From contig DASXCO010000064.1 in assembly GCA_036491125.1 (NCBI GenBank), forward strand, positions 18,552 through 82,551: a stretch of 64,000 nucleotides of DNA, read 5' to 3'. The translations under genes were made by a program, and so were the position numbers. This stretch comes from Acidimicrobiales bacterium (lineage in GTDB: Bacteria > Actinomycetota > Acidimicrobiia > Acidimicrobiales > AC-9). Shown in pieces: positions 35,594 through 44,811 of this stretch. The notes below the pieces were generated by a model. It was not told where the DNA came from. It worked only from the letters and a program-made list of their open reading frames with translations, and did no database searches. Numbering within the stretch: the first letter of the stretch is position 1; the number at the start of each line of letters is the position of its first letter.

Positions 35594-36913
35594 TCAGCGC
35601 CCGTGATCCTGGCGGAACTCCCGGTCCAGCCGGCCCAGCTGCTCGGACAACCGCACCGGCACCGCCTCCGGGCGGTGGAGATCGAGCGCAGCGGCGGGGA
35701 GCCAGCCGAGGTCGGCCTCGAAGCGGACCTTCGCCGCCGACAGGGCATCGGGGCCGGCGAGACGGGAGCCGCCCTTCATCACCGGCTGGAGCAGGGCCTC
35801 GGCATCGGGTTCGGGCTCCTCCTGCCGCAGCGCCAGCACGTCCCCGTCGCCCGACGACCCGCGGAACACCTGCTTGGGGCCGGGAAGCGTGGCCTTGTCC
35901 GCCGACAGCTTGGCCACTGGGCGACCGTCGTAGGAAACGAGCTTGTAGACCGAGTCGAGCGTCGGGGCTTCGGCGGAGGCAACCATGCGGGTGCCGATCC
36001 CGACCGCGTCCACGGGAGTGCCCGTCTTGACGAAGTGCTCGATCGCGTACTCGTCCAGCCCCCCGCTGGCAACGATCCGCACGCTGCCGAGCCCGGCCTC
36101 GTCGAGACGCCGGCGCGACCACCTGGCAAGGGCTTCGATGTCCCCGCTGTCGAGGCGGATGGACGCCCGATCGGCCAGTGCGAGACGGCGGATCACCCTG
36201 ATGGCCGCCTCGACCCCGGCCTCGGTGTCGTAGGTGTCGACGAGCAAGGTCGCCTGCTCGGGGCGATCCTCGGCAAACGCGCGCAACGCCGCCTCCTCCG
36301 ATGGGAAGGCCTGCACGTAGGAATGGGCCATGGTGCCGCCGGGGGTCACGCCATAGCGACGGGCCGCTTCGACGTTGCTGGTCCCGGCGAACCCGACCAT
36401 GGCGCAGGCGCGCGCCATCGCCAGTGCCGCATCGGTCCCGGGGGCCCGTCGGAACGAGAAATCGAGCATGCCGACGCGGTCCTGCCCGGCAACCCGACAA
36501 CGGGCTGCGTTGGTGGCCAGCGTCGTCTGCATCGTCACCTGATTGAGAAGGTAGGTCTCGACGAGCTGGGCCTCGGCGATCGGGGCGGTCACCTCGAGCA
36601 TCGGCTCGTTGGCGACCACGACCCGCCCCTCGGGAACCCCCCACACGTCGCCGGTGAACCGGAGGTGGCGGAACGCCTCGAGGCTCTCGCCCTGAAAGCC
36701 GATGGTGGCGAGGTAGGCGAGGTCGGCCTCGGTGAACGCAAATCCCTCCAGAAAGGACAGCACGTCGTCCAGGCCGGCGGCGACCAGGAACCCCCGAGTG
36801 GGTGGCAGTTCGCGGACAAACAGGCTGAATACGGCCTCGCCAGCCATGTCCCGGCGGAAGTAGCTGGCCGCCATGTTGAGCTCGTACAGATCGGTGAGCA
36901 GCGCACCGGGCAT
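35594..36913 (-). CDS. pncB: Nicotinate phosphoribosyltransferase
   Basis: Internal ATG 36913: MPGALLTDLYELNMAASYF...FSFRR...GTSNVEAARRYG..PGGTMAHSYVQAF...LLVDTYDT...IRLDSGD. The track ORF is over-extended by 172 aa. Confidence 0.85.
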   Translation of the reverse strand: MPGALLTDLYELNMAASYFRRDMAGEAVFSLFVRELPPTRGFLVAAGLDDVLSFLEGFAFTEADLAYLATIGFQGESLEAFRHLRFTGDVWGVPEGRVVVANEPMLEVTAPIAEAQLVETYLLNQVTMQTTLATNAARCRVAGQDRVGMLDFSFRRAPGTDAALAMARACAMVGFAGTSNVEAARRYGVTPGGTMAHSYVQAFPSEEAALRAFAEDRPEQATLLVDTYDTEAGVEAAIRVIRRLALADRASIRLDSGDIEALARWSRRRLDEAGLGSVRIVASGGLDEYAIEHFVKTGTPVDAVGIGTRMVASAEAPTLDSVYKLVSYDGRPVAKLSADKATLPGPKQVFRGSSGDGDVLALRQEEPEPDAEALLQPVMKGGSRLAGPDALSAAKVRFEADLGWLPAAALDLHRPEAVPVRLSEQLGRLDREFRQDHGR

Positions 36914-37027
36914 GGAGGTGACCTCGCCTAGACGGCATCCAGACAATAGGCTGGCTCCACAATCGGCGGATCGTCGCTTTGGGGTAGAGGCGAACTGCAA
37001 CCTCCTCCCGGGAAGGAGCACCAGACC

Positions 37028-37102
37028 ATGAGCGTCCTCCAGCTGTGGATCGCCCCGGTGCGCAACGCCGTCTGGGTCACCGCGCACTTCGGACACCGGT
37101 AG
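37028..37102 (+). CDS. Candidate 24-codon upstream ORF / leader peptide of the egt operon
   Basis: Below the track size cutoff. ATG preceded by GGAAGGAG (9-nt spacer). Sequence MSVLQLWIAPVRNAVWVTAHFGHR*, with 22 of 23 codons ending in G/C. TAG stop lies 6 nt before the egtA GTG. Confidence 0.35.
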   Translation: MSVLQLWIAPVRNAVWVTAHFGHR

Positions 37103-37108
37103 CGTTTC

Positions 37109-38359
37109 GTGCCGACGCCCACACGGCACCTCGACCTCGATCGCGTGCAGGTCCTGGTGCGCGAGCGGTGCTTCCCCGCCTCGACCGCCGCCCTCGTGGG
37201 CGCCGAGATCGAGTGGCTGAGCCATTCCCTCCAATCCGACCATGATCTCGGCTGCGGCGAGGTCGAGGCGGCGCTCGACGGCGCGACGGCGTTGCCCGGG
37301 GGCAGCTCCCTGACCTTCGAGCCGGGCGGTCAGGTCGAGCTCAGCTCGGCTGCCTTCACTGGCGTGACCGACGCCTGCCGGGCCCTGGGGCGCGACGCCA
37401 GTGCGGTGCGCGCCGCCCTGGCCGAGCACGACATCGAGCTGGTCGGCATGGGGCTCGATCCCCTACGACCCCCCCGGCGCGTCGTCGACGGCCCTCGGTA
37501 CCAGGCCATGGAGGCCTTCTTCGACGCCGACAGCTCGGGCGGGCACGCGGGCCCGACCATGATGTGCAACACGGCGGCGGTCCAGGTGAACCTCGACATC
37601 GGCGCCCCCGACGCCATCGGCCGGCGGTGGCGGCTGGCCCACGCGCTGGGGCCGGTGCTGGTTTCCTCCTTCGCCAACTCTCCGCTCGCCGCCGGCCGAC
37701 CGACGGGGTGGTGCTCGACCCGGATGGCCACGTGGTTGGGCATCGATCCCTCCCGAACCTCCCCGGTGAGCCAGGACGAAGGATGGGCGGACGCTTGGGT
37801 CGACTACGCCATGGCCGCCAAGGTGATGCTGATCCGGCGCAGCCCCGACGACTTCGTGCCGGTTCGCAGCGGGCTGTCGTTCGGCGAGTGGATGGCGACC
37901 GGACACGAGCTCGGTTACCCCACCATGTCCGATTTCGAGTACCACCTGACCACGCTGTTCCCGCCCGTGCGGCCCAGGGGCTGGCTCGAGCTCCGCTACA
38001 TCGACGCCCTGCCCGATCCCTGGTGGCAGGTTCCCGTGGTCGTGGCCACGTGCCTGTTGGACGACGACGAGGCCTCGGCGGCGGCCGCCGAGGCGGTCGC
38101 CCGATGTGGGGCGTCGTGGCTGGACGCGGCGCGGTGCGGGCCGAGCCACCCCGAGCTGGCCCGGGCGGCCGAGACGTGCTTCGATGCCGCCCTGGGCGCC
38201 TGCAGCCGCCTCGGGGTCGACGAGCTCACGGTCGAGGTGGTCGCCCGCTACCGGGACCTCTATGTGGCGAGACACCGATGTCCCGCCGACGACCGTCTCG
38301 ATGAGTGGGCCGCCAGCGACGGACCGGTCGAACCCCCCTTGGCGGCGTCGTGGACCTGA
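37109..38359 (+). CDS. egtA: Glutamate-cysteine ligase EgtA (ergothioneine pathway)
   Basis: GCS2-type ligase pattern (GAEIEW...TFEPGGQVELSS...MMCNTAAVQVNLD...LFPPVRPRGWLELRYID), located first in an egtA-B-C-D gene order. Confidence 0.85.
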   Translation: MPTPTRHLDLDRVQVLVRERCFPASTAALVGAEIEWLSHSLQSDHDLGCGEVEAALDGATALPGGSSLTFEPGGQVELSSAAFTGVTDACRALGRDASAVRAALAEHDIELVGMGLDPLRPPRRVVDGPRYQAMEAFFDADSSGGHAGPTMMCNTAAVQVNLDIGAPDAIGRRWRLAHALGPVLVSSFANSPLAAGRPTGWCSTRMATWLGIDPSRTSPVSQDEGWADAWVDYAMAAKVMLIRRSPDDFVPVRSGLSFGEWMATGHELGYPTMSDFEYHLTTLFPPVRPRGWLELRYIDALPDPWWQVPVVVATCLLDDDEASAAAAEAVARCGASWLDAARCGPSHPELARAAETCFDAALGACSRLGVDELTVEVVARYRDLYVARHRCPADDRLDEWAASDGPVEPPLAASWT

Positions 38360-39699
38360 ACGCCATGATGGCCGGGCGCCTCGAGGCGGCGCGGCGTCGC
38401 ACCCTCGACCTCCTGGCTCCGGTTCCCGACGACGGCCTGATGCGCCAGCATTCGCCGCTCATGTCCCCGCTCGTCTGGGACCTGGCCCACGTCGGCAACT
38501 ACGAGGAGCAGTGGCTCCTACGGGCCTTGGGCGGGCCCGCCGTCGGCCCGCAGTGGGACTCGGTGTACGACGCCTTCCGCCACCCGCGGCGGGACCGCCC
38601 GTCGCTGCCGATGATGGGGCCCGCCGAGGCCCGCGAGTACGCGGCCGTGGTGCGGGGCCGGGTGCTCGACCTGCTGGAGCGTCTCCCGCTCGACGACGGC
38701 CCGACGAGGACGCTTCGCCGGCCTGCTCCGGGCCCATCACCGAGCCAGAGCGCGCCGCCTCCCGCCGGCGAGCTCACGCCGGGCGCCTTCGTGCACGGGA
38801 TGGTCGTCCAGCACGAGCACCAGCACATCGAGACCATGCTGGCCACGCTCGAGCTGGCCGAGGAGTCCGACTGGCTCCCCACGGCAGAGGAGCCCCCGGC
38901 GGGCGGCATCGTCTCCGGAGAGGTCCTGGTCGACGGCGGACCCTTCGTCATGGGAACCGACACCGAGCCGTGGGCCTACGACAACGAACGCCCCGCCCAC
39001 GTGGTCGACCTGGCGCCTTTCTGGATCGACGCGGCGCCGGTGACCAACGCCCAGTACCTGGCCTTCGTGGAATCAGGGGCCTATCAGGAGCCCCGCTGGT
39101 GGTCGCCGGCGGGGTGGGCCTGGCGCGAGGAGTCGGGGCTCGCCCACCCGGGCGGATGGTGCGCCGAGGGCGCGGCTTCCAGGTCCGAGATCCGCTTCGG
39201 CCGCCGTCACGACCTGGCCCTCGATCAGCCGGTCGAGCACGTGTGCTGGCACGAGGCCGACGCCTTCGCCCGGTGGGCGGGCAAGCGCCTGCCCACCGAG
39301 CCCGAGTGGGAAAAGGCCGCCTCATGGGGCCGCGACGGGCACAAGCGCGCCTACCCGTGGGGTGACGACGATCCCACGCCCGCCCTCGCCAACCTGGGGC
39401 AGGCCCATCTCGGTCCGGCTCCGGTCGGCGCCTACCCGGCCGGCGTGAGCCCGTGGGGCTGTCACCAGATGATCGGTGACGTGTGGGAGTGGACGGCGTC
39501 CGATTTCCTGGCGTACCCCGGGTTCGCCTCGTTCCCGTACCGGGAGTACTCGGAGGTCTTCTACGGGAGTGAGTACAAGGTGCTGCGGGGCGGCTCGTGG
39601 GCGACAGACCCCACCGCCATCCGGACCACGTTCCGCAATTGGGACTACCCGATCCGACGCCAGATCTTCGCCGGCTTTCGCTGCGCAAGGGATGCGTGA
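38350..39699 (+). CDS. egtB: Hercynine oxygenase / sulfoxide synthase EgtB (DinB-like plus FGE-sulfatase domains)
   Basis: SPLVWDLAHVGNYEEQW...HEHQHIETM...FVMGTD...YDNERPAH.V.L.PFWID..PVTN..Y..F...GGSWAT...FRNWDYPIRRQIFAGFRCA. Start is GTG 38350 (10-nt overlap with egtA) or ATG 38365. Confidence 0.85.
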   Translation: MDLNAMMAGRLEAARRRTLDLLAPVPDDGLMRQHSPLMSPLVWDLAHVGNYEEQWLLRALGGPAVGPQWDSVYDAFRHPRRDRPSLPMMGPAEAREYAAVVRGRVLDLLERLPLDDGPTRTLRRPAPGPSPSQSAPPPAGELTPGAFVHGMVVQHEHQHIETMLATLELAEESDWLPTAEEPPAGGIVSGEVLVDGGPFVMGTDTEPWAYDNERPAHVVDLAPFWIDAAPVTNAQYLAFVESGAYQEPRWWSPAGWAWREESGLAHPGGWCAEGAASRSEIRFGRRHDLALDQPVEHVCWHEADAFARWAGKRLPTEPEWEKAASWGRDGHKRAYPWGDDDPTPALANLGQAHLGPAPVGAYPAGVSPWGCHQMIGDVWEWTASDFLAYPGFASFPYREYSEVFYGSEYKVLRGGSWATDPTAIRTTFRNWDYPIRRQIFAGFRCARDA

Positions 39700-39708
39700 G
39701 AAGGGCCC

Positions 39709-40482
39709 GTGTGCCGACTGGTCGGCTATCTCGGCCCACCCGTGACGCTCGAAGAGCTCTTGCTGGAACCGGAGAACTCGCTGCTCCACCAGTCCTGGGC
39801 CCCGGAACGACAGACGCACGGCACGGTCAACGCCGACGGGTTCGGGGCCGGCTGGTACGACCTGTCGAGCAGGCCAGAGCCGGCGCGGTACCGGCGGGCG
39901 GGACCGATGTGGGCCGACCGCTCCTTCGCCAGCCTGGCCGGACTGGTTCGCAGCGGCACTGTCCTGGCCGCGGTGCGCAGCGCCACCCCGCCAGCGCCGG
40001 CCGAGGAGAGCGGTACGCCGCCGTTCACCTCGGGAGGGTGGCTGTTCGCCCACAACGGCGCCGTGGACGGCTTTCGCGACAGCCCGGGCGCCACCCTTCG
40101 CCGGGCGCTGTCGGACAACCGGCTGGCAGGTATCGAGGGGGCCGCCGACTCCGAGGTGCTCTTCGCCCTCACCCTCGAACGACTCGACGCCGGCGCCGCC
40201 CCCGAGGAAGCGCTCGCGTCGGTCGTGGTGCAGGTCACCTCCGTCACCACCGGCCGGCTGACGATGCTGCTCACCGACGGGCGACGGTTGGCCGCCGTGG
40301 TGTGCGGCGAGGCGCTGTACCGAATCGGGCGCGACGACGATGGGACCGACGACGACGGGACCGACGGGCTCGTCGTGGCGTCCGAGCCCTCCGACGCCCG
40401 GTCCGGTTGGCGACACCTCCCCGAGGGCACGCTGCTGTCGGCCTGGGACGGAGGTGCACGAGTCCGTGAATCGACCTTCTGA
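39709..40482 (+). CDS. egtC: Class II glutamine amidotransferase EgtC
   Basis: MCRLVGYLG (N-terminal nucleophile Cys2)...NADGFGAGWY...FAHNGAVDGF. Confidence 0.85.
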   Translation: MCRLVGYLGPPVTLEELLLEPENSLLHQSWAPERQTHGTVNADGFGAGWYDLSSRPEPARYRRAGPMWADRSFASLAGLVRSGTVLAAVRSATPPAPAEESGTPPFTSGGWLFAHNGAVDGFRDSPGATLRRALSDNRLAGIEGAADSEVLFALTLERLDAGAAPEEALASVVVQVTSVTTGRLTMLLTDGRRLAAVVCGEALYRIGRDDDGTDDDGTDGLVVASEPSDARSGWRHLPEGTLLSAWDGGARVRESTF

Positions 40483-40528
40483 GCCGCGCACCGGTGACCA
40501 CCGAGCCACGCACGAGGAGCCGTATCCC

Positions 40529-41539
40529 GTGACCAGTCCCCCGAGCATCCGCATCGACGTCCACCTCGACGCCGCGCAGCTCCGGGCCGCGCTGCGGACC
40601 GAGGCCCGGGCGGGGCTGACGGCGAGCCCCAAGGAGCTGTCACCCAAATGGTTCTACGACGAGCGGGGCTCGGAGCTGTTCGAGGCGATCACCCGGCTCC
40701 CGGAGTACTACCCGACTCGCAGGGAGCAGGAGATCCTCGACACGAACGCCGGGACCATCGCCGATCTGGCGGGCGCCGACACGGTCGTCGAGCTGGGCTC
40801 CGGCACCTCGGCGAAGACGAGGACTCTGCTGGACGCCTTCGCCGCCCGTGGCCGACTGGACCGCTTCGTGGCCTTCGACGTGAGTGAGCCGACCCTGCGT
40901 GCGGCGGCGGCTTCGATCGCCGGCGAGTACCCCGGCGTCGCCGTCCACGCCGTGGTTGGCGACTTCGACCACCATCTCGGCGACCTGCCCAGAGAAGGTC
41001 GACGCCTCGTCGCCTTCCTGGGGGGAACCATCGGCAACCTGGGGCCCGACCGACGGGCGTCGTTCCTGAAGGAGCTCTCGGCGTCGCTGGGCCCGGGGGA
41101 TACCTTCCTGCTGGGCACCGACCTGGTGAAGGACGTCGCCCGGCTCGAGGCCGCGTACAACGACAGCGCCGGGGTAACGGCCACCTTCAACCGCAACGTC
41201 CTGGCCGTGCTCAACCGGGACTTGGGAGCGGACTTCCACCTCGAGCGGTTCGAGCACGTCGCACGGTTCGACCGCGCCCGGGAGTGGATCGAGATGGCGC
41301 TGCGCTCCACGTCCGATCAGGTCGTCACTCTGGCCGACCTCGATCTCCAGGTCTCGTTCTTCACCGGCGAGGAGATGCGCACCGAGATCAGCGCCAAGTT
41401 CCATCGCTCGGCGCTGGAAACTCAGATGGACGACGCTGGGCTGGAGCTTGTGCACTGGTGGACCGACGCCGCCGGCGACTTCGCCCTGTCGCTCTGGGCT
41501 CCGGCAGGAACCGGCCTCGGCGAGGCGGCTTCGTCCTAG
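40529..41539 (+). CDS. egtD: L-histidine N-alpha-methyltransferase EgtD
   Basis: GTG 40529 (GAGGAG upstream): SPKWFYDERGSELFEAITRLPEYYPTRREQEIL...VELGSGTSAKTR.LL...FLGGTIGN...ND..GVTA.FN.N.L. The track ORF is over-extended into egtC. Confidence 0.85.
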   Translation: MTSPPSIRIDVHLDAAQLRAALRTEARAGLTASPKELSPKWFYDERGSELFEAITRLPEYYPTRREQEILDTNAGTIADLAGADTVVELGSGTSAKTRTLLDAFAARGRLDRFVAFDVSEPTLRAAAASIAGEYPGVAVHAVVGDFDHHLGDLPREGRRLVAFLGGTIGNLGPDRRASFLKELSASLGPGDTFLLGTDLVKDVARLEAAYNDSAGVTATFNRNVLAVLNRDLGADFHLERFEHVARFDRAREWIEMALRSTSDQVVTLADLDLQVSFFTGEEMRTEISAKFHRSALETQMDDAGLELVHWWTDAAGDFALSLWAPAGTGLGEAASS

Positions 41540-41550
41540 CCTCTGGTGGT

Positions 41551-42267
41551 ATGGACGACGTTGCTGCCGGAGCCGGCCCGGGAGGCCGACCCGAGGACCC
41601 GGAGACACCCGCCATCCCGGCGGCGACGGTGATCCTGCTGCGGGACCAGGCGTCGGGCCTCGAGACCCTCATGGTCCGGCGCAGTGCCGGGCTGCAGTTC
41701 GGCGGCATGTGGGTGTTCCCAGGCGGGCGGATCGATCCCGACGACCACCCGGTGAGCGGGCCTGACGACGTCATGGCCGCGGCCCGGCGGGCCGCGGCCA
41801 GAGAGGCGGCCGAGGAAGCCGGGCTGGTGATCGACGAGGGCGGGCTGGTCCCCTTCTCCCACTGGACGCCGCCTGCGGCGACGCCCAGGCGCTTCTCGAC
41901 GTGGTTCTTCGTCGCAGCTGCCCCCTCGGGCTCGGTCACCGTGGACGGAGGAGAGATCCACGACCACGCCTGGGTACTTCCGGCCGACGCCCTGCGGCGC
42001 CGCGACCGGGGAGAGTTCGAGCTGGCCCCGCCCACGTGGGTGTCCCTCCATCGGCTGGCCGGGTACGCCGACGTGGCCGCCGCCGTCGCGGATTCGGAGG
42101 TCCGGCGACCAGAGGTCTTCGCCACGAGGGTGGCCAAGGTGGAGGGCGGGGCGGTCGCCCTCTACACCGGTGACGCCGGCTACGAGGACAGCGTGGCCGA
42201 CCGGCCGGGCCCCCGGCACCGACTCTGGATGCTCGGGTCGGGCTGGCGCTACGAGCGGTCGGCGTGA
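41551..42267 (+). CDS. NUDIX hydrolase
   Basis: Internal ATG 41551. Nudix box GMWVFPGGRIDPDD...AAARRAAAREAAEEAGL. Confidence 0.8.
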   Translation: MDDVAAGAGPGGRPEDPETPAIPAATVILLRDQASGLETLMVRRSAGLQFGGMWVFPGGRIDPDDHPVSGPDDVMAAARRAAAREAAEEAGLVIDEGGLVPFSHWTPPAATPRRFSTWFFVAAAPSGSVTVDGGEIHDHAWVLPADALRRRDRGEFELAPPTWVSLHRLAGYADVAAAVADSEVRRPEVFATRVAKVEGGAVALYTGDAGYEDSVADRPGPRHRLWMLGSGWRYERSA

Positions 42268-42320
42268 ACGACTACGGTCCTGCTGTTCGTCACTGACAGC
42301 TCAACCAGAGGAGGAGTGAG

Positions 42321-42692
42321 ATGGAGAGTCCCCTCGAGTTGGTGCGCAGATTCTGTTCGGCCTGGTCCGACGGCGTGGGCGCCGAGGATCTGGCCGCCTT
42401 CTTCACCAAGGACGCCGTCTACCACAACATCCCGTTGGCACCGGTCACTGGCAGGGACGACATCGCCACCACCATCGCGTCGTTCACCACCGGGGTCGAG
42501 GGCGTCGAGTTCCGCGTGCTCAACATCGTCGGCGATGGCCCGGTCGTGCTCACCGAACGGGTGGACGTGTTCAAGCTCCCCGACAAGTCGATCGAGCTGC
42601 CGGTCATGGGGACCTTCGAGGTGCGAGACGGCGAGATCGCCGCATGGCGCGACTACTTCGACATGAACCAGTTCACGAGCCAGATGGGGTAG
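42321..42692 (+). CDS. Limonene-1,2-epoxide-hydrolase-like / SnoaL (NTF2-fold) protein
   Basis: LELVRRFCSAWSDG...FFTKDAVYHNIPL.PV.G.D.I...VRDGEIAAWRDYFDM. SD GGAGGAG. Confidence 0.75.
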   Translation: MESPLELVRRFCSAWSDGVGAEDLAAFFTKDAVYHNIPLAPVTGRDDIATTIASFTTGVEGVEFRVLNIVGDGPVVLTERVDVFKLPDKSIELPVMGTFEVRDGEIAAWRDYFDMNQFTSQMG

Positions 42693-42705
42693 TGCTCGGA
42701 CAATG

Positions 42706-42740
42706 CAGATGGCCGAGCCGCCAAGCGGCTCGGCCATCTG
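42706..42740. terminator. Bidirectional hairpin terminator (16-bp perfect stem, loop CAA)
   Basis: CAGATGGCCGAGCCGC-caa-GCGGCTCGGCCATCTG between convergent genes ending at 42692 (+) and 42767 (-). No U-tract, which is common in high-GC actinobacteria. Confidence 0.6.
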
Positions 42741-42766
42741 CGTGCTCCGACGCACGGTAGTTGGCG

Positions 42767-43930
42767 TCAGGCGCCCTGAAGCGCCACTGCGAGGTCCATG
42801 TACGCCCACTTGTGGACATACAAGTTGGTGAAGGGCAGAGCCCAGCCGTACCCCGGGAAGCCAACGGGTATCCACGAGTACTTGTCCGTAAATCCCCAGG
42901 TCACGAACGTGGTGCAGGTAGGATGAGCAAGGCACGTCGCCAGAGTGTCGTGATAGATCTTTGCCTGGGCGAGTTGGACACTGGCGCTGGGCGACAGAGC
43001 TCCGGAAGGCATGGACACCCGGACATCCATCTCGGTCACCGCCACCTTCAGACCCTCTGAGGCCAGACGGGCCATGTTCGTGGCGATATCGGATTGCCGA
43101 GGTGGGTTGAGGTCGAAGTGCGACTCGAGACCAACGCCGTCGATCGGCGCACCATTGGCCTTGTAGTAGGCAGCGACCCAGTTGATGGCGTCCGACTTCG
43201 GTCCGAGACCCTCCCCGCCGTAGTCGTTGAGGTAAAGCTGGGCCCTCGGATCAGCCTGACGTGCGAACTGAAACGCCATCGGGATGTAGTCCGGGCCGAT
43301 GACTCGCTCCCAGACGTTCGGCACCAGCTGACCGGGACCCGCCACCGCCTCGTTCACCACGTCCCATTGCGTCACGGTGCCGGGGAACTTGTCCTTGAAA
43401 TGAGTGACGACGTTGGAGATGTGGTCGTGCATGATCTGGATGAGCTGGTCACGGGTCCAGGTGCCCTCCTCCAACCAGGCCGGGTTGTTGTCGCCCCACA
43501 CCAGGTTGTGACCTCGGACGTGCATGTTGTGGGCGGCCGCGAAGGCGACGATGGGGTCGGCCACGCTGAAGTCGTACTGGTCCTTGGCCGGCTCGGTGGG
43601 CGCAAACTTCATGGCGTTCTCGGCGGTCACTCCGTTGTAATTGGCCGCGAGGGTCGAGGCATAGAGCGGATCGACCGAGGCCGGGAGATTCCAATAGTCG
43701 GCCGCGGATCCGAAGAAGATCCCCCGCTGGTTCGCGTACGGCAGCAACGTTGGAGGGTTGCTGACGACCGAGGAGGCGGAGGCGGCAGTGGTGCCCGCCA
43801 CGCCACCAAATGTGATCAGCATCACAACCAACAGGATCATCATCCCGCTGGCGCGGACCCGTCGCCACCAGGGCTTTCTGCCATGGTGGTGGCTTGCTGG
43901 GGTCTTGACCTGCCCGTGCTCGTTCGCCAT
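42767..43930 (-). CDS. GH10 endo-1,4-beta-xylanase, N-terminal TM/signal anchor
   Basis: VTAENAMKF...HNMHVRGHNLVWG...WDVVNEA...LYLNDYG...IDGVGLESHF...VAVTEMDV; the GH10 acid/base and nucleophile motifs. SD GGGGAGGA. Confidence 0.85.
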   Translation of the reverse strand: MANEHGQVKTPASHHHGRKPWWRRVRASGMMILLVVMLITFGGVAGTTAASASSVVSNPPTLLPYANQRGIFFGSAADYWNLPASVDPLYASTLAANYNGVTAENAMKFAPTEPAKDQYDFSVADPIVAFAAAHNMHVRGHNLVWGDNNPAWLEEGTWTRDQLIQIMHDHISNVVTHFKDKFPGTVTQWDVVNEAVAGPGQLVPNVWERVIGPDYIPMAFQFARQADPRAQLYLNDYGGEGLGPKSDAINWVAAYYKANGAPIDGVGLESHFDLNPPRQSDIATNMARLASEGLKVAVTEMDVRVSMPSGALSPSASVQLAQAKIYHDTLATCLAHPTCTTFVTWGFTDKYSWIPVGFPGYGWALPFTNLYVHKWAYMDLAVALQGA

Positions 43931-44118
43931 GGGGTCCTCCCCGCCAGCACCTTCGCCGTGGCGGCGCCGGTGTCTATCGAGACCATGACAACCGAGGCTT
44001 CAGAGAGGCTGACCGCCTCCTGAAGATCAGCTAAATATCGACCGCTTCGACTCAAAAGGTCGGTTCGCGGTAAACTCGCCATTGACGGGACGATCGAGGG
44101 CGGAGATCAAATCCACAG

Positions 44119-44811
44119 GTGATGTCTCGGGTCCGAGTGCTCGCTGTCGAGGACGACACCAGCGTCCAGTACCTCCTCCGCCATGCGGCCGAGGCGGAGG
44201 GCCTGGACCTGACGGTCGAGCCCGACGGTCCCAAAGGTCTTGCCACCGCACAATCCTTCAAGCCGGATCTGGCGATCCTCGACGTGATGTTGCCGGGCCC
44301 CTTCGATGGCTTCGACGTGGCCAGGCGGCTCCACGACCGCTGCGATGTCGGGGTCTTGTTCCTTACCGGGGCGACCACGCTGGAGGATCGCCTGGCCGGG
44401 TTCCGGGCCGGGGGCGATGACTACCTGACCAAGCCGTTCTATGTCGAGGAGCTCCAGGCTCGCATCACGGCCATACTCCGCCGCCGCGGGCTGTCGGCGG
44501 CGGCAATTTGGAGGGTCGGGGACCTGAGCGTCGACAACGGAGCGCGCGAGGTGTTCCGGGGCGAAGACCTGATCGAGCTGACCCGGACGGAGTTCGAGCT
44601 GATCAGCGTTCTGGTACGCAGGCCCGGCCGCGTCGTCCATCGAGCAGCGTTGGCCACCGAGGTCTGGGGCTACGAGCAGAGCGGCAACGTTATGGAAGCC
44701 CACATGAGCTCGTTGCGCCGCAAGCTTGAGGCGTACGGAGACCGGTGCATCCACACCGTGCGGGGCGTTGGGTATGTAGTTCGCAACCCCCGACCGGGGG
44801 CCGATCGCTAG
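44119..44811 (+). CDS. OmpR/PhoB-family response regulator (no cognate kinase adjacent)
   Basis: VLAVEDD...PDLAILDVMLPG.DGF...LFLTG......GADDYLTKPF...LTRTEFELISVL...MSSLRRKLE...IHTVRGVGY. ATG 44122 is an alternative start. Confidence 0.85.
   Translation: MMSRVRVLAVEDDTSVQYLLRHAAEAEGLDLTVEPDGPKGLATAQSFKPDLAILDVMLPGPFDGFDVARRLHDRCDVGVLFLTGATTLEDRLAGFRAGGDDYLTKPFYVEELQARITAILRRRGLSAAAIWRVGDLSVDNGAREVFRGEDLIELTRTEFELISVLVRRPGRVVHRAALATEVWGYEQSGNVMEAHMSSLRRKLEAYGDRCIHTVRGVGYVVRNPRPGADR

Noticed and set aside
35250-36962. 570-aa ORF (minus) and similar giants (12626..13993 -, 39322..40647 -, 46216..47544 +, 19961..21118 +, 22492..23301 -)
   Set aside because: They have extreme Arg/Gly/Pro composition and no domain motifs. 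Each overlaps a well-supported gene in another frame or strand. This is the typical artefact of about 70% GC DNA.
44107-44754. 215-aa minus-strand ORF antisense to the response regulator
   Set aside because: The plus-strand frame has unmistakable receiver and winged-helix motifs. The antisense ORF has none.
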